Counted from the stretch's first letter, positions 44,561 to 53,908 are shown. The stretch: DNA of 64,000 nt from Patescibacteria group bacterium (GCA_041661405.1 JBAZUL010000001.1:92403-156402), one strand, 5' to 3'. Notes: a model not told the origin generated them from the letters alone. Program-made: numbers and translations.

Positions 44561-45076
44561 TCAGTCCAATAACCGGCGGTTTTTTTGTTCTGAGAGATTT
44601 TGATAATGACGTCGATAAATTTTTTCCAATTCATTTCCCAGCTTATTTTTAAAACGAATCTGAATTATTTTTTTATGTTTTAATATCGGGTCATTCAATA
44701 AAATATTATAAGTTTCATTTTTATCAGTAATAACGTAATCCAAGCCGCCTTTAATCATCCAGTCCCTTAACCATGATAACTGATCGCTTATGAATATAAC
44801 GAGCGGTTTTTTGGAATTGGAATACCAACCGGTTTCCCAGGCGCAATCTTTGCCAAATTCAGGCAGGCATAGTCCAATATGCGACCATTTAAGGGCTTCT
44901 AAATCAATATCAAAGACGTCTTTAGAAAATTTTTCATGCGCACCATTCCAAGGGTTATGCTCATGAGGTTTAAACACGCCAAACTTACTGCAATCAAGCA
45001 TTCCGCAAATTCTATTATTCCACTCATGCGCATCTTTAGATATCCGGGCGATTAGATATATATTAATTTTATTCAT
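44561..45076 (-). CDS. Hypothetical protein, nucleoside 2-deoxyribosyltransferase-like fold (tentative)
   Basis: N-terminal IYLIARIS and the acidic motif CAWETGWY loosely recall NDT-like Rossmann proteins. Confidence 0.3.
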   Translation of the reverse strand: MNKINIYLIARISKDAHEWNNRICGMLDCSKFGVFKPHEHNPWNGAHEKFSKDVFDIDLEALKWSHIGLCLPEFGKDCAWETGWYSNSKKPLVIFISDQLSWLRDWMIKGGLDYVITDKNETYNILLNDPILKHKKIIQIRFKNKLGNELEKIYRRHYQNLSEQKNRRLLD

Positions 45077-45274
45077 AGATTAATATAACTTTAGTATTGT
45101 AGTATATGTTCATAATATTGTCAATATTAAATAACAAAAATAATAAATAATAATACTTAAAATAAAGAATAATAATTAATTAATATAAATATTGTGTAAA
45201 AATATTGACACAATTTAAAGTTTAGTATATACTCAAAATAGAGCCTAAATAGGTGTTATTTATAGGATTAATTT

Positions 45275-46045
45275 ATGATCAGCCAAAAAGAGTTAATTGA
45301 GCTAGGATTTAACAAAAAAGAGGCCAAAGTATATTTGGCCATACTAGAATTAGGGCCGGGAACGGCCACAGAAATCTCCCGCAAAGCCGGGATTAATCGA
45401 ACGACAAGCTATGATATTTTAGAGTCGCTTGCCAGTGAAGGACTGGTGCATTTAATAGGTGAAACCAAGGTGCAGAAGTATGTGGCCGAAAACCCGGAAA
45501 AAGTAATATCTGTTCTGGAAAAGAAAATCCAAAAAACTCAAGAGCAATTGAAAACGGCTCATGTCCTTTTGCCCCAGCTATTATCTATTTACAGCACCAA
45601 AGAAAAACCAAAGGTTAAATATTTTGAAGGAGTGGGTCGAATGAGAGAGGGTTTTGAAGATACTCTAACTGCGGAAGGCGAGATTTTGGCCTATGCGGTA
45701 GGAGAAGATGTGTTTAAGGCGGTTGGCGAGAAATATATGAGAGATTATTTTAAGAGAAGAACCTTGAAAAATATTTCTGTCCGGGTAATCGCACCAGATA
45801 CTCCCGAATCGCGGGCAGTAGCGAAAAATAATATAAAGGAGCTTCGCACTTCTCTTCTAGTGCCATCCGACAAATTTTGTTTTTCTGTGGAAATAAACAT
45901 TTATAATAATAAAATTATGGTAGCCAGTTGGCGGGAAAAGTTTGCAATTATAATTGAATCAGAAGAGATTGCATCAGCGCAGAAAAAGATTTTTGAATTG
46001 GCTTGGGAAGGAGCAAAGCATATAAATTCTATTAATCTAAATTGA
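45275..46045 (+). CDS. TrmB family transcriptional regulator
   Basis: LIELGFNKKEAKVYLAILELGPGTATEISRKAGINRTTSYDILESLASEGLV. Confidence 0.8.
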   Translation: MISQKELIELGFNKKEAKVYLAILELGPGTATEISRKAGINRTTSYDILESLASEGLVHLIGETKVQKYVAENPEKVISVLEKKIQKTQEQLKTAHVLLPQLLSIYSTKEKPKVKYFEGVGRMREGFEDTLTAEGEILAYAVGEDVFKAVGEKYMRDYFKRRTLKNISVRVIAPDTPESRAVAKNNIKELRTSLLVPSDKFCFSVEINIYNNKIMVASWREKFAIIIESEEIASAQKKIFELAWEGAKHINSINLN

Positions 46046-46240
46046 AATGATTAAGCTAGAAGCGAACAATAAGTTTTCCCAAAACCTCCGTATACTCCAT
46101 ACCGTAAATTCCGGCTTCCGGAATGACATCGAGCGTATCCGCAAAACCGTTCCGATAACGAAACTCTATATGTCGTAGCCAGAGGAAAATACAGGAATCG
46201 GTCAAGATAAAATTGGCCTTAAAAATATCCTTGAACTCAC

Positions 46241-46277
46241 AAAAAAACCGCCAGTCAGTTGACCGGCGGTTTTTTTA
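46241..46277 (-). terminator. Hairpin terminator downstream of tRNA-Ala(UGC)
   Basis: aaaaaaaccgccagtca-gt-tgaccggcggttttttt. Confidence 0.65.
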
Positions 46278-46280
46278 GTG

Positions 46281-46353
46281 TGGACTCTGGGAGACTCGAA
46301 CTCCCCGCCTCCTGCGTGCAAAGCAGGCGCTCTACCAGATGAGCTAAGAGCCC
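46281..46353 (-). tRNA. tRNA-Ala (anticodon UGC)
   Basis: Reverse complement GGGCTCTTAGCTCATCTGGTAGAGCGCCTGCTTTGCACGCAGGAGGCGGGGAGTTCGAGTCTCCCAGAGTCCA. It carries G3:U70 and the loop TTTGCAC. A candidate promoter TTGACA-17-TAAATT lies at 46407-46379. Confidence 0.9.
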
Positions 46354-46552
46354 TCTTTCGGGCAATCACAATAGTTGTAATTTACCGGTTAAACAGCGGA
46401 CTGTCAATTATTTTTGCCCGCGCTTCCCCTGGGGGCGCGGTGCGATCTACGTTTTCGTTTAATCTTAACTTAATGGTTTAACTGTATATTAACGCATGAA
46501 CTATCGCGGGAAATTATTTATTCCTGTATTTTAAAATTCAAACTAAAAAAAT

Positions 46553-47161
46553 ATGAAGAACATCAGTAAAAACCAAAGGGGTTTTAACGCCACAGGCGCG
46601 GTAATCGCTTTAATCGCGATTTTTGTTATTGCCGGTCTGGCTTATGGTATTGTTAATATCGGAGGAGATAATAATAAAAGCGCGGGAAATTCATCAAACA
46701 CCGAAATCAATAATGCCGTCGATAATTCAATTGGCAATGGATTGAACAATGAAGCCGGGAATTTTATCGGCAACGAAACCGCCAATGATACGGGAAATTC
46801 AATTGGCAATGAAACCGGAAACAGTATTGGTAATGTAGATGATAGTGGCCAAAACCGGGGACCGGGCGGCGGAGACGACGACGTTCGGACCAAAGTATTT
46901 AATGTTGAAGGAAAGCCTTTTTCCTTTACTCCGAATGAAATCCGGGTAAAAAAAGGCGACCGAGTGAGGATAGTTTTTTCCAACGTGGAAGGCTTCCATG
47001 ACTGGAAAATTGATGAATTCAATGCCGCGACAAAGAAAATTAACGCCGGAGAAACCGATACTATTGAATTTATTGCCGGTAAAACAGGGACTTTTGAATT
47101 CTATTGCTCGGTCGGCACTCACCGCCAGATGGGCATGAAGGGCAATCTGATTGTTGAATAA
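46553..47161 (+). CDS. Membrane-anchored type-1 copper (cupredoxin/plastocyanin-like) protein with GN-rich repeat linker
   Basis: Candidate ligand pattern GFHDW...YCSVGTHRQMGM (H, C, H, M), an N-terminal TM helix, and a repetitive NSIGNE/TGN linker. Confidence 0.75.
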   Translation: MKNISKNQRGFNATGAVIALIAIFVIAGLAYGIVNIGGDNNKSAGNSSNTEINNAVDNSIGNGLNNEAGNFIGNETANDTGNSIGNETGNSIGNVDDSGQNRGPGGGDDDVRTKVFNVEGKPFSFTPNEIRVKKGDRVRIVFSNVEGFHDWKIDEFNAATKKINAGETDTIEFIAGKTGTFEFYCSVGTHRQMGMKGNLIVE

Positions 47162-47168
47162 GAAAAGT

Positions 47169-47423
47169 TTAAACAGGATTACTCGCTTTGATTAAAGGTT
47201 CGAGTACCCAGCCTAAAAATCCGCCGATCAGGTTGGTAAAAATCAGGATGCCAATAAAAGCTATGAACATGCCGAGCAGTTTATAGCCAAGCCGCGACCC
47301 GCCTTCAACGCCGAGGTAGCGTTCAAAAAATCCAATCCGGCCAAAAGCCCTGAGCATGGCTTCGGATTTTACTGTCATAAAAGCGCCGGCCGCCAGAATA
47401 AAAATTCCGAGGATAAAATGCAT
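47169..47423 (-). CDS. Small hypothetical membrane protein
   Basis: 84 aa with 2-3 hydrophobic helices. No family recognised. Confidence 0.45.
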   Translation of the reverse strand: MHFILGIFILAAGAFMTVKSEAMLRAFGRIGFFERYLGVEGGSRLGYKLLGMFIAFIGILIFTNLIGGFLGWVLEPLIKASNPV

Positions 47424-47502
47424 ACTTAGGAAGTAAGGAATAAACAGTAAATAGTAAACAGATTTTCAGATGCTCTGTTTACTGTTATCTATTTACTGTT
47501 TA

Positions 47503-48918
47503 CTATTTAATATAGTTAAGCGGATTATATTTGGTTCCATTGATGATTATTTCAAAATGCAGATGCGATCCGGTTGACCAGCCGGTAGAACCCATGGCGC
47601 CGATAGTTTCTCCCTTTGAGACTTGCTGGCCTTTCTTGGTGAAGAATTTGGAAAGGTGGGCGTAGCGGGTTTTCTTTCCGCCGCCGTGGTCAATAACAAT
47701 CTGGTTGCCATAGCCGGTTCCCCAGCCAATAAACTCAATGGTTCCGGCGTCAGCCGCGTAAATCGGGGTACCGATTTTGTTGGCAATATCCACCGCGGTA
47801 TGCCGCCAGGAATAATATTGGGTAATCCGGTAGCCGGCGGTCGGCCAGTTCATCTTGTTGCCGGATATCGGTTTTGAGTTGCCGGGCTTGATAATCTTTC
47901 CGAGGTCTTTTAAGACGGAAATGCCCGAATAAGACGGCTGGCGGTAAGCGACCGCTTCAATTCTCCGGCCGCCCGGAATGATTAATTTTTGTCCGGCCTG
48001 AAGAGTCCCTCCGGCCAGCTTGTTGGCCTTCGCGATTTCATCCTGACTCACTCCATATTTATTGGCTATGTTAACCAGCGTGTCGCCTCGCGCCACTTTA
48101 TAGGAAATGCCGGATGTCGGGAGAATATTGAGCTTATCGCCGGGCCGGATAATGCTGTAAGCGGTGAGGTCATTTTCCCAAAGAATAGTGTTAACGCTCA
48201 CGGCAAATTTTTGGGCGATAGTTGAGACCGTATCGCCTTCTTCCACGGCGTAAGTCATGGCGCTTTCGCGGAGCCGGATTATTTTGTCCGTAGAAACCAT
48301 CTCCGGCTTTTGCAAAGCCGTTCCGCCCTGGTTAAGGACGGCTAGTTCGTCTTCGGCGTTTAAATCGTCTTCGGTGAGCGTCGGCTGGGAGCGGAAACTT
48401 GAAAGGTTTTCAAGATAGCTTTGCTGAATCGGCGATATGGTTACTTCCTGGTCAAAGAATTCTTCAATCAGCCGTTCGTCTTCAACCGTTCCAAACTCAT
48501 TTTGGATTAAGCTGGAAAGGATGGTTTGTCCCGAACCCGCGCCCTGGCTTACGGCGGACGTGGGTTCGGTTATATTAAAAAAAACAATAGCCAGGGAAAT
48601 AAAAACCATTAAAAGGTGAACCATCTTTTGGTTTAAAAAACTCCAGGCTGGAGAGCCTGACCAGCCACTTTTTTTTGTGATATAGAGATATAGGCGGTAT
48701 ATTTTTACCACTAATTTGTAAAAAATAAATTTTAGGCCCGGCCGGCCGGCTGTTTGGTAAAAATAAAAAACGCTTCTGGCTATGACGTTTATTGTGAGTT
48801 TGCCCAGATTTAAAATCCGGATCAGCAATTCAATAAAAAAAATGATTACGCTTTTTAACAAACGGCTTTTTTCCTTTCTTTTTTGAGGTTTGTAATATCG
48901 GATATAATCGATTGCCAA
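47503..48918 (-). CDS. LysM-repeat M23 family peptidoglycan endopeptidase
   Basis: LysM repeats (YAVEEGDTVSTIAQKF, YKVARGDTLVNIANKYGV) and the M23 motifs HTAVDIA and GSTGWSTGSHLHFEI. Confidence 0.88.
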   Translation of the reverse strand: MAIDYIRYYKPQKRKEKSRLLKSVIIFFIELLIRILNLGKLTINVIARSVFYFYQTAGRPGLKFIFYKLVVKIYRLYLYITKKSGWSGSPAWSFLNQKMVHLLMVFISLAIVFFNITEPTSAVSQGAGSGQTILSSLIQNEFGTVEDERLIEEFFDQEVTISPIQQSYLENLSSFRSQPTLTEDDLNAEDELAVLNQGGTALQKPEMVSTDKIIRLRESAMTYAVEEGDTVSTIAQKFAVSVNTILWENDLTAYSIIRPGDKLNILPTSGISYKVARGDTLVNIANKYGVSQDEIAKANKLAGGTLQAGQKLIIPGGRRIEAVAYRQPSYSGISVLKDLGKIIKPGNSKPISGNKMNWPTAGYRITQYYSWRHTAVDIANKIGTPIYAADAGTIEFIGWGTGYGNQIVIDHGGGKKTRYAHLSKFFTKKGQQVSKGETIGAMGSTGWSTGSHLHFEIIINGTKYNPLNYIK

Positions 48919-49010
48919 TTACCAATTGTTAACTACGAATATTATTGCCCGCCTTTTTGCAGTATCATTCGTAATTGAAAAATTGGTAATTGAATATTGA
49001 TAATTGATGC

Positions 49011-49083
49011 TGTGCGCCCACCAGGGGTCGAACCTGGAACCTTGGACTTAAGAGGTCCCTGCTCTGCCAGTTGAGCTATGGGC
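49011..49083 (-). tRNA. tRNA-Lys (anticodon CUU)
   Basis: Reverse complement GCGCCCATAGCTCAACTGGCAGAGCAGGGACCTCTTAAGTCCAAGGTTCCAGGTTCGACCCCTGGTGGGCGCA, with loop CTCTTAA. Confidence 0.88.
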
Positions 49084-49229
49084 GCCCGACTTTATTAAAA
49101 CGCTGGATCCCGCATGCCTTCGGCTGCGGGATAATTTACTCACACGTAAATTAATTTATAGCATAGCAGGCGGCATTTTTCAACTCAAGGAATTTATTAA
49201 GAAGTTAATTTATCACCAGGGCTTTACGG

Positions 49230-50204
49230 TTAGATTATCTTCCAGCCTTTCGGACCGGATAAAAGCCTGCCTTTAAGGGAAAAGCCAGCCGCGGCTTTAT
49301 GGCCTCCGCCGCCAAGAATCCGGGCCAAGGCGGAGACATCATCGCCGGCCAAGCCCGCTCTGAGACTGCCCCTGACGATGCCGGGTTCGGTTTGGCGCAG
49401 GAATAAAACCGCCCGGACACCGGAGAGGTTGCTGATAAAGCCTGATAGCCCTTCATACTCCTCTTCGGAAATATTTTTCTCCGTAAACTGTTCGTGGGTT
49501 AAAATAGCGACACCGATGCTATATTGCCGGTTAATTAACATCTTATCAAGAATATCGCCCCAGCCTTTTAAAGCCGGAAGACTTTTGTTTCTCAGATATT
49601 TATCAATGATTTTCGCGTGGCAGGCGCCTGACAACAGCATTTCAGAGCCAATTTTTATGGATTTCAAAGTCGCTGACGGATAAAGAAAAGCTCCAGTATC
49701 AGTTACAATTCCCGTTAAAATACAGGTTGCCGCTCTAGGCCCGATTTTTATTCCGTTGGCCTTGAAAAAATTGTAAATTACTTCGGACGTGGAAGAAGCC
49801 AAAGTGTCTCTTAATTCAATTTGAGCATAAGTCTCAACTCCCGGATGATGATCAAACTCAATAATTTTTTGGCTTAAAGGCCGACGGCCTATTTTTGCTA
49901 CGGCAGTCCTTTCCTTCTCGGCGCAGTCAAAAATAAGAATTAAATCAAAATCATCCAGTATTTTTTTGTCGCCAAGATCAATTTCTCCCGAATTTTTTAT
50001 TTTACCCGCATGGGGAATAAATTTATAAAGTTTTGGCACCGGCGTATGGCAAAAAGCCAGATATTCCTTTTTTTTGCTTTCCAAGTAGTCAATCATGGCG
50101 CAGACTGAAGCAATGGCATCTCCGTCCGGATTGAAATGGGTGATTAGGAGTATGTTTTTTGCCTGGTTTATCTCTTTGCCGGCTTTATGAAAAAAGTGAT
50201 TCAT
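49230..50204 (-). CDS. DHH/DHHA1 phosphoesterase (NrnA-like oligoribonuclease/pAp phosphatase)
   Basis: HFNPDGDAIAS, DHH, and GGGGHKAAAGF. Confidence 0.85.
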   Translation of the reverse strand: MNHFFHKAGKEINQAKNILLITHFNPDGDAIASVCAMIDYLESKKKEYLAFCHTPVPKLYKFIPHAGKIKNSGEIDLGDKKILDDFDLILIFDCAEKERTAVAKIGRRPLSQKIIEFDHHPGVETYAQIELRDTLASSTSEVIYNFFKANGIKIGPRAATCILTGIVTDTGAFLYPSATLKSIKIGSEMLLSGACHAKIIDKYLRNKSLPALKGWGDILDKMLINRQYSIGVAILTHEQFTEKNISEEEYEGLSGFISNLSGVRAVLFLRQTEPGIVRGSLRAGLAGDDVSALARILGGGGHKAAAGFSLKGRLLSGPKGWKII

Positions 50205-50205
50205 T

Positions 50206-50526
50206 TTATTCCGGATTTTTTTCGGGGGCGGTGTTAGTTAACAGTCCTTGATCAATTATCCAGTTAAGTTTATGCAGTCGGCTTAACCGGATCCTTTTTT
50301 GAATCAGCTTTAATAAATACGGCCCTGACTTGCGAAGTTTTTTTAGGGCGAAAAAAGTCTTTTCATCCGGCAAAACCGAAAATCCCACTTCGGCTGATTG
50401 GAAATCAGGAGAGCATTTAACATAACTGATGGAAATAAAACCTTCTTCCATCGGTATTTCCCGGGAAATGACCTGGGCGAGTTCGCGCATTAGAAGTTCG
50501 TTTACTTGTTCAATATTTCTAGACAT
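50206..50526 (-). CDS. rbfA: Ribosome-binding factor A
   Basis: RNIEQVNELLMRELAQVISREI and a size typical of RbfA. Confidence 0.8.
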   Translation of the reverse strand: MSRNIEQVNELLMRELAQVISREIPMEEGFISISYVKCSPDFQSAEVGFSVLPDEKTFFALKKLRKSGPYLLKLIQKRIRLSRLHKLNWIIDQGLLTNTAPEKNPE

Positions 50527-50527
50527 A

Positions 50528-51004
50528 TTACTGGTTAATTGGATTTTCGCCCTTGTTCGGTCTGAAGCCGGTGAAGAAAAGGCCTAAAACTCCAAAGGTC
50601 ACCATCGCGTCGGCTAAATTAAAAATCGCGAAAAATGATAAATTAAAATAATCAACTACATAGCCATAGCTTAAGCGGTCATACAAGTTGCTCGCGCCAC
50701 CGACAAGGATGAGGATAAAAAAAGCGGTTTTTTGCCCCAATTCCCTGCTCTTTGTTATTACCAGAATGAGAATAGCCGCCAATAGGATTAAAATGGCCAT
50801 TTCCAGGGCGGGTCCGGATAAAGGGATGGAAAAGGCAATATTTTCATTTTTACTTAAGCTAAAAGAAAGGAAATTCTTAATAAGCAAAATTTTTTTATCC
50901 GGCGCTCCGTGCGAAGCCAGCCATTTAAGCCATCGGTCGGCAAAAATAAAAAAGACAACAACCAAATAAAAAGTTATCATCTTTTTTTTATGCCCGGCTA
51001 TCAT
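50528..51004 (-). CDS. lspA: Lipoprotein signal peptidase II
   Basis: NENIAFS, GGASNLYDR, DYF and FNLAD. Confidence 0.88.
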   Translation of the reverse strand: MIAGHKKKMITFYLVVVFFIFADRWLKWLASHGAPDKKILLIKNFLSFSLSKNENIAFSIPLSGPALEMAILILLAAILILVITKSRELGQKTAFFILILVGGASNLYDRLSYGYVVDYFNLSFFAIFNLADAMVTFGVLGLFFTGFRPNKGENPINQ

Positions 51005-51017
51005 ACTTTAGAGTTAT

Positions 51018-51392
51018 TCAAGAACCGCTTTGAAGTTTTTTTTTGCAATCCACGCAGGCGCTGGCAAAAGGGCGAGCAATCAATCTTTTTGGGTTAATTT
51101 CATTTTTGCAGTATTTGCAGATTCCGTAAGCTCCGTCTTTTATTCTTTTTAAGGCCGATTCAATATCACGTAAAGTGCCTTCAAGAATTTTTTCGGTTAC
51201 GATATTGGCTGAATATTCGCTTATTTCTTGGGCGTTTTCATCGCTCTTGTTGCCGTATTCCGGGAACATGGTTTTATGATCGTCCTTGTCGTGTCCGCTT
51301 TTTGAGGTGAAGTTCCCTAGTTCTTTAAGGACTTTTTTTTTCTGCACGAGTAATTCCTTCTCAATTTGCGAGAGGGTTTTTTTATCTATCAT
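51018..51392 (-). CDS. DksA/TraR family C4 zinc-finger protein
   Basis: C-terminal CKYCKNEI...CVDCKKK follows a coiled-coil region. Confidence 0.8.
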   Translation of the reverse strand: MIDKKTLSQIEKELLVQKKKVLKELGNFTSKSGHDKDDHKTMFPEYGNKSDENAQEISEYSANIVTEKILEGTLRDIESALKRIKDGAYGICKYCKNEINPKRLIARPFASACVDCKKKLQSGS

Positions 51393-51994
51393 ATTGGTTT
51401 TTAAATAAATAAAAGCCTTTTTGGCTTAACGGCTACTGCGGTTATTATAAGTTAAAACATCCATAATTGCAAGCCGGCCGTTAAAAAAAAGTCAAATAAA
51501 AAGGGGCCCAGACGGGCCCAAATAAAATAAATAATTTTGTGGCCTATGTCTTGAGCCCCAGCCCTAAGAGTTTATTCTTGGCCATCTTTATGATGGTTTA
51601 AGAAAATCCCTACCCTCAGGGTTTAGGCGCAGTTCCGCCAATTTGGAAAATGCTCTCTTTTTACCGATCTTTAGCCAGATTTGGGCGGTTTTTTGTTTTG
51701 CCCATTCCAGCAGTTTTTTTATTTTTATTTTTTTGCCGGTATTGGCTCCCGGCAATTTAGATCAGTTCAAAGATGTACACAACTGAATTCAATTGTGCAT
51801 CCGGCTTCTCGAATTAATGAATCCAGAAAAGCCAATAAATTGTCAATGCACTATCTGAATCAATTATATCAAAATTGTCTACCTGAGTCAAACCTCAACG
51901 ATGATTTTGTTTATTAGCCGTAAATAAGACAATATTTTGCTAAATTTAGACAAAATACTTTATTTAATGACTAGCTATGCGATTTTTAAGGTAC

Positions 51995-52020
51995 TTATGT
52001 CCAGAGTTCTCTGGACATAA
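51995..52020. repeat. Palindrome family copy 5, perfect (TTATGTCCAGAG-TT-CTCTGGACATAA)
   Basis: Read directly. It is the reverse complement of copy 4 at 22048-22073. Confidence 0.9.
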
Positions 52021-52029
52021 AATCATGAG

Positions 52030-52038
52030 TTATCCACA
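52030..52038 (+). promoter_or_regulatory. Perfect DnaA box TTATCCACA between palindrome copies 5 and 6
   Basis: Read directly. A one-mismatch TTATCCGCA also occurs near 52124. Confidence 0.5.
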
Positions 52039-52059
52039 GTTTCCACTGGCCATGCACAG

Positions 52060-52083
52060 TTATGTCCAGAGTTTTGTGGACAT
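52060..52083. repeat. Palindrome family copy 6 (TTATGTCCAGAG-TT-TTGTGGACAT)
   Basis: Read directly. Confidence 0.85.
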
Positions 52084-52169
52084 TGGTAAAATTATGTTAT
52101 AATATTTTTTGTATTACTTCACGATCTTTATCCGCAGATTTTTTATAATAATTTTAAAGAGTTTAATTA

Positions 52170-52243
52170 TGGAGGCCAGGAGGGGAATCGAACCCCTGAT
52201 AAAAGTTTTGCAGACTCTCGCCTTACCACTTGGCTACCTGGCC
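52170..52243 (-). tRNA. tRNA-Cys (anticodon GCA), CCA encoded
   Basis: Reverse complement GGCCAGGTAGCCAAGTGGTAAGGCGAGAGTCTGCAAAACTTTTATCAGGGGTTCGATTCCCCTCCTGGCCTCCA, with loop CTGCAAA. Confidence 0.88.
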
Positions 52244-52408
52244 TAAAGAATTGAAGATAAAGACTGCTTATTTTTAGACATAAAACAAAAACAGCCTGTA
52301 TTGAGAACTGTTATTTAATTTTACCAGAAATAGTACAAAAAACAAGTTTATAAAACCCCTTATTTAAGGGGTTTTATGCTAGATATGAAGCTGGAATTAA
52401 TGGCAGAT

Positions 52409-52990
52409 TTATTTTAAAATCTCAATCTTTGCGGTTTTTAGGCCGAATTTAACCGCATCTTTATGATTTAGCATCCAAACATCAACCCGATCACGATAGC
52501 GCGAATTCATCCGGTCGCGCACAATAAAAATTCGATCGCCGAAAAGTTCGGGAATGCGGATTTTTGTGCCAAAAGGCAAGCTATTAGCGGCAACAGTGTC
52601 CTCAATCCCATGCGTGCAAACATTAAATCCGTTGGCCGTCGTGCAGGGATCACCGTCGCACTGCCCTATTTCCGAGTTATAAGCCGTAATTTGGACAACT
52701 TTAATTATAACAGGCAGGGCGTCGGTGTTTTTCGGAAGATTAGCCAACGGAGCAATATTTTTATCTTCGGCGGCGGAATTTTGGTTAACCGAATCAACAA
52801 GCTCAGTTATGGCACCGTTAGCGGAAGAATCCGCTTCTGCTTGGGCTAAAGCTGGCAGAGGAAATAGAAAATAATCAAAGACCAGTACAATCATCAGAAA
52901 AGAAAGAATAGGAGTTCTGTGTTTTGCTGTTTTTCTGCTAAGATAAGCAAAAAATTGGCTAATTTTGTTTTTATTTTTGTTTAAGTCCAT
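52409..52990 (-). CDS. 3D-domain (RlpA-like double-psi beta-barrel) cell-wall protein
   Basis: ITAYNSEIGQCDGDPCTTANG, VAANSLPFGTKIRIP, FIVRDRM, and DVWM. An N-terminal TM/signal sequence is present. Confidence 0.75.
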   Translation of the reverse strand: MDLNKNKNKISQFFAYLSRKTAKHRTPILSFLMIVLVFDYFLFPLPALAQAEADSSANGAITELVDSVNQNSAAEDKNIAPLANLPKNTDALPVIIKVVQITAYNSEIGQCDGDPCTTANGFNVCTHGIEDTVAANSLPFGTKIRIPELFGDRIFIVRDRMNSRYRDRVDVWMLNHKDAVKFGLKTAKIEILK

Positions 52991-53177
52991 AGATGAACTT
53001 TATTTTTGTTTTTTGCCTTTGACTATTATAAATAAAAATTTCGCTAATACTCCAGCATTTTTATAATAAAAAAATCCCTATTCCTCACTTCAAATTGAGG
53101 CATAGGGATTTTCTTATCTTTCTTAAGCATAGCAAATTAGTCCGCAAAAGTCAACTATAAGAACTAAAAATCCTAGC

Positions 53178-53206
53178 TTTACAAGAAGTGTCATTTTTGA
53201 TATAAT
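53178..53206 (+). promoter_or_regulatory. Candidate promoter TTTACA-17-TATAAT
   Basis: -35 at 53178-53183 and -10 at 53201-53206, upstream of the 53.3 kb small ORF. Confidence 0.45.
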
Positions 53207-53315
53207 AGAATAAGATTAGTTAAAAAATAAAAAAACAAGCGAGGAGCAACCTGTCCTTTATAAGCAAACGATAAACCAGATAAAAATCAAGCGATTAAAA
53301 CAAAAACAAAACCTC

Positions 53316-53633
53316 ATGCAAAATCAAAACGCGAGCGCTGGTATTAGGAAATTCGGAAATGTTAGCTGGCGCTATTACAATTTATTAAAAAAGAAGGCAA
53401 TGGATAAGGAGTCGGGCATGACCGGGCTTCTCATAAGTTTGTCCATTGCTTTTTTTATTGTTGTCGGCGGAGCTGAAGGCCTCAATCTGTCTTTTAAAAT
53501 GTATACTGACGTCGATAAACCAGCCAAAACCACCGAAGAAGCGCCGGGTGAGAGAAAAATGATTAACAGGTACGAAAATGTTTTTCAATATGTCGCCAGA
53601 TTCCGAGAATTTTCCGGAACAAAAAACTCTTAA
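53316..53633 (+). CDS. Hypothetical small membrane-anchored protein (likely true start 53418)
   Basis: AAGGAG lies 6 nt before the ATG at 53418, giving MTGLLISLSIAFFIVVGGAEG... with a single TM helix. No family recognised. Confidence 0.45.
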   Translation: MQNQNASAGIRKFGNVSWRYYNLLKKKAMDKESGMTGLLISLSIAFFIVVGGAEGLNLSFKMYTDVDKPAKTTEEAPGERKMINRYENVFQYVARFREFSGTKNS

Positions 53634-53908
53634 GCGACAACGCGAAACGCCGGATGGTCCGGAAAATTAGTTTTAGTTAAGAAGCGCTCTTTCAAAACAA
53701 AATATCTAACAACCCACGGATCCTCCCGTCCTTCACAAAAGGCGGGGGGATTTTGTTGTTTGAGGTAAATATTGTATAATGGCATTAACAGAAAAAATTC
53801 GGATGAATTAATTTTTTGAACTTTGAGCTTTGTCTGTTCTTCGTGGTTTTTTTGTTTTATGTGTCTAACAAACAGAAGGCTGAAGAAGGAACTTTGAGCT
53901 TACTCAAT

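Noticed and set aside
46056-46240. Met-less minus-strand frame ..FKDIFKANFILTDSCIFLWLRHIEFRYRNGFADTLDVIPEAGIYGMEYTEVLGKLIVRF
   Set aside because: It has no start codon, overlaps the tRNA terminator hairpin, and I recognise no family. It may be a gene remnant, but there is not enough support to annotate it.
46278-46481. 67-aa plus-strand ORF
   Set aside because: It is the antisense of tRNA-Ala(UGC) and its promoter region, and is not a gene.
51560-51730. YdeI-like fragment on the minus strand
   Set aside because: Only about 45 residues show vague similarity from memory, with no ATG and stops in the flanking frames. It is mentioned in a finding but not annotated as a feature.
51681-51917. 78-aa plus-strand ORF in the 51.4-52.2 kb gap
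   Set aside because: It begins with an alternative start in a T-run, the product is low-complexity, and there is no SD. It overlaps the decayed-gene region on the other strand.
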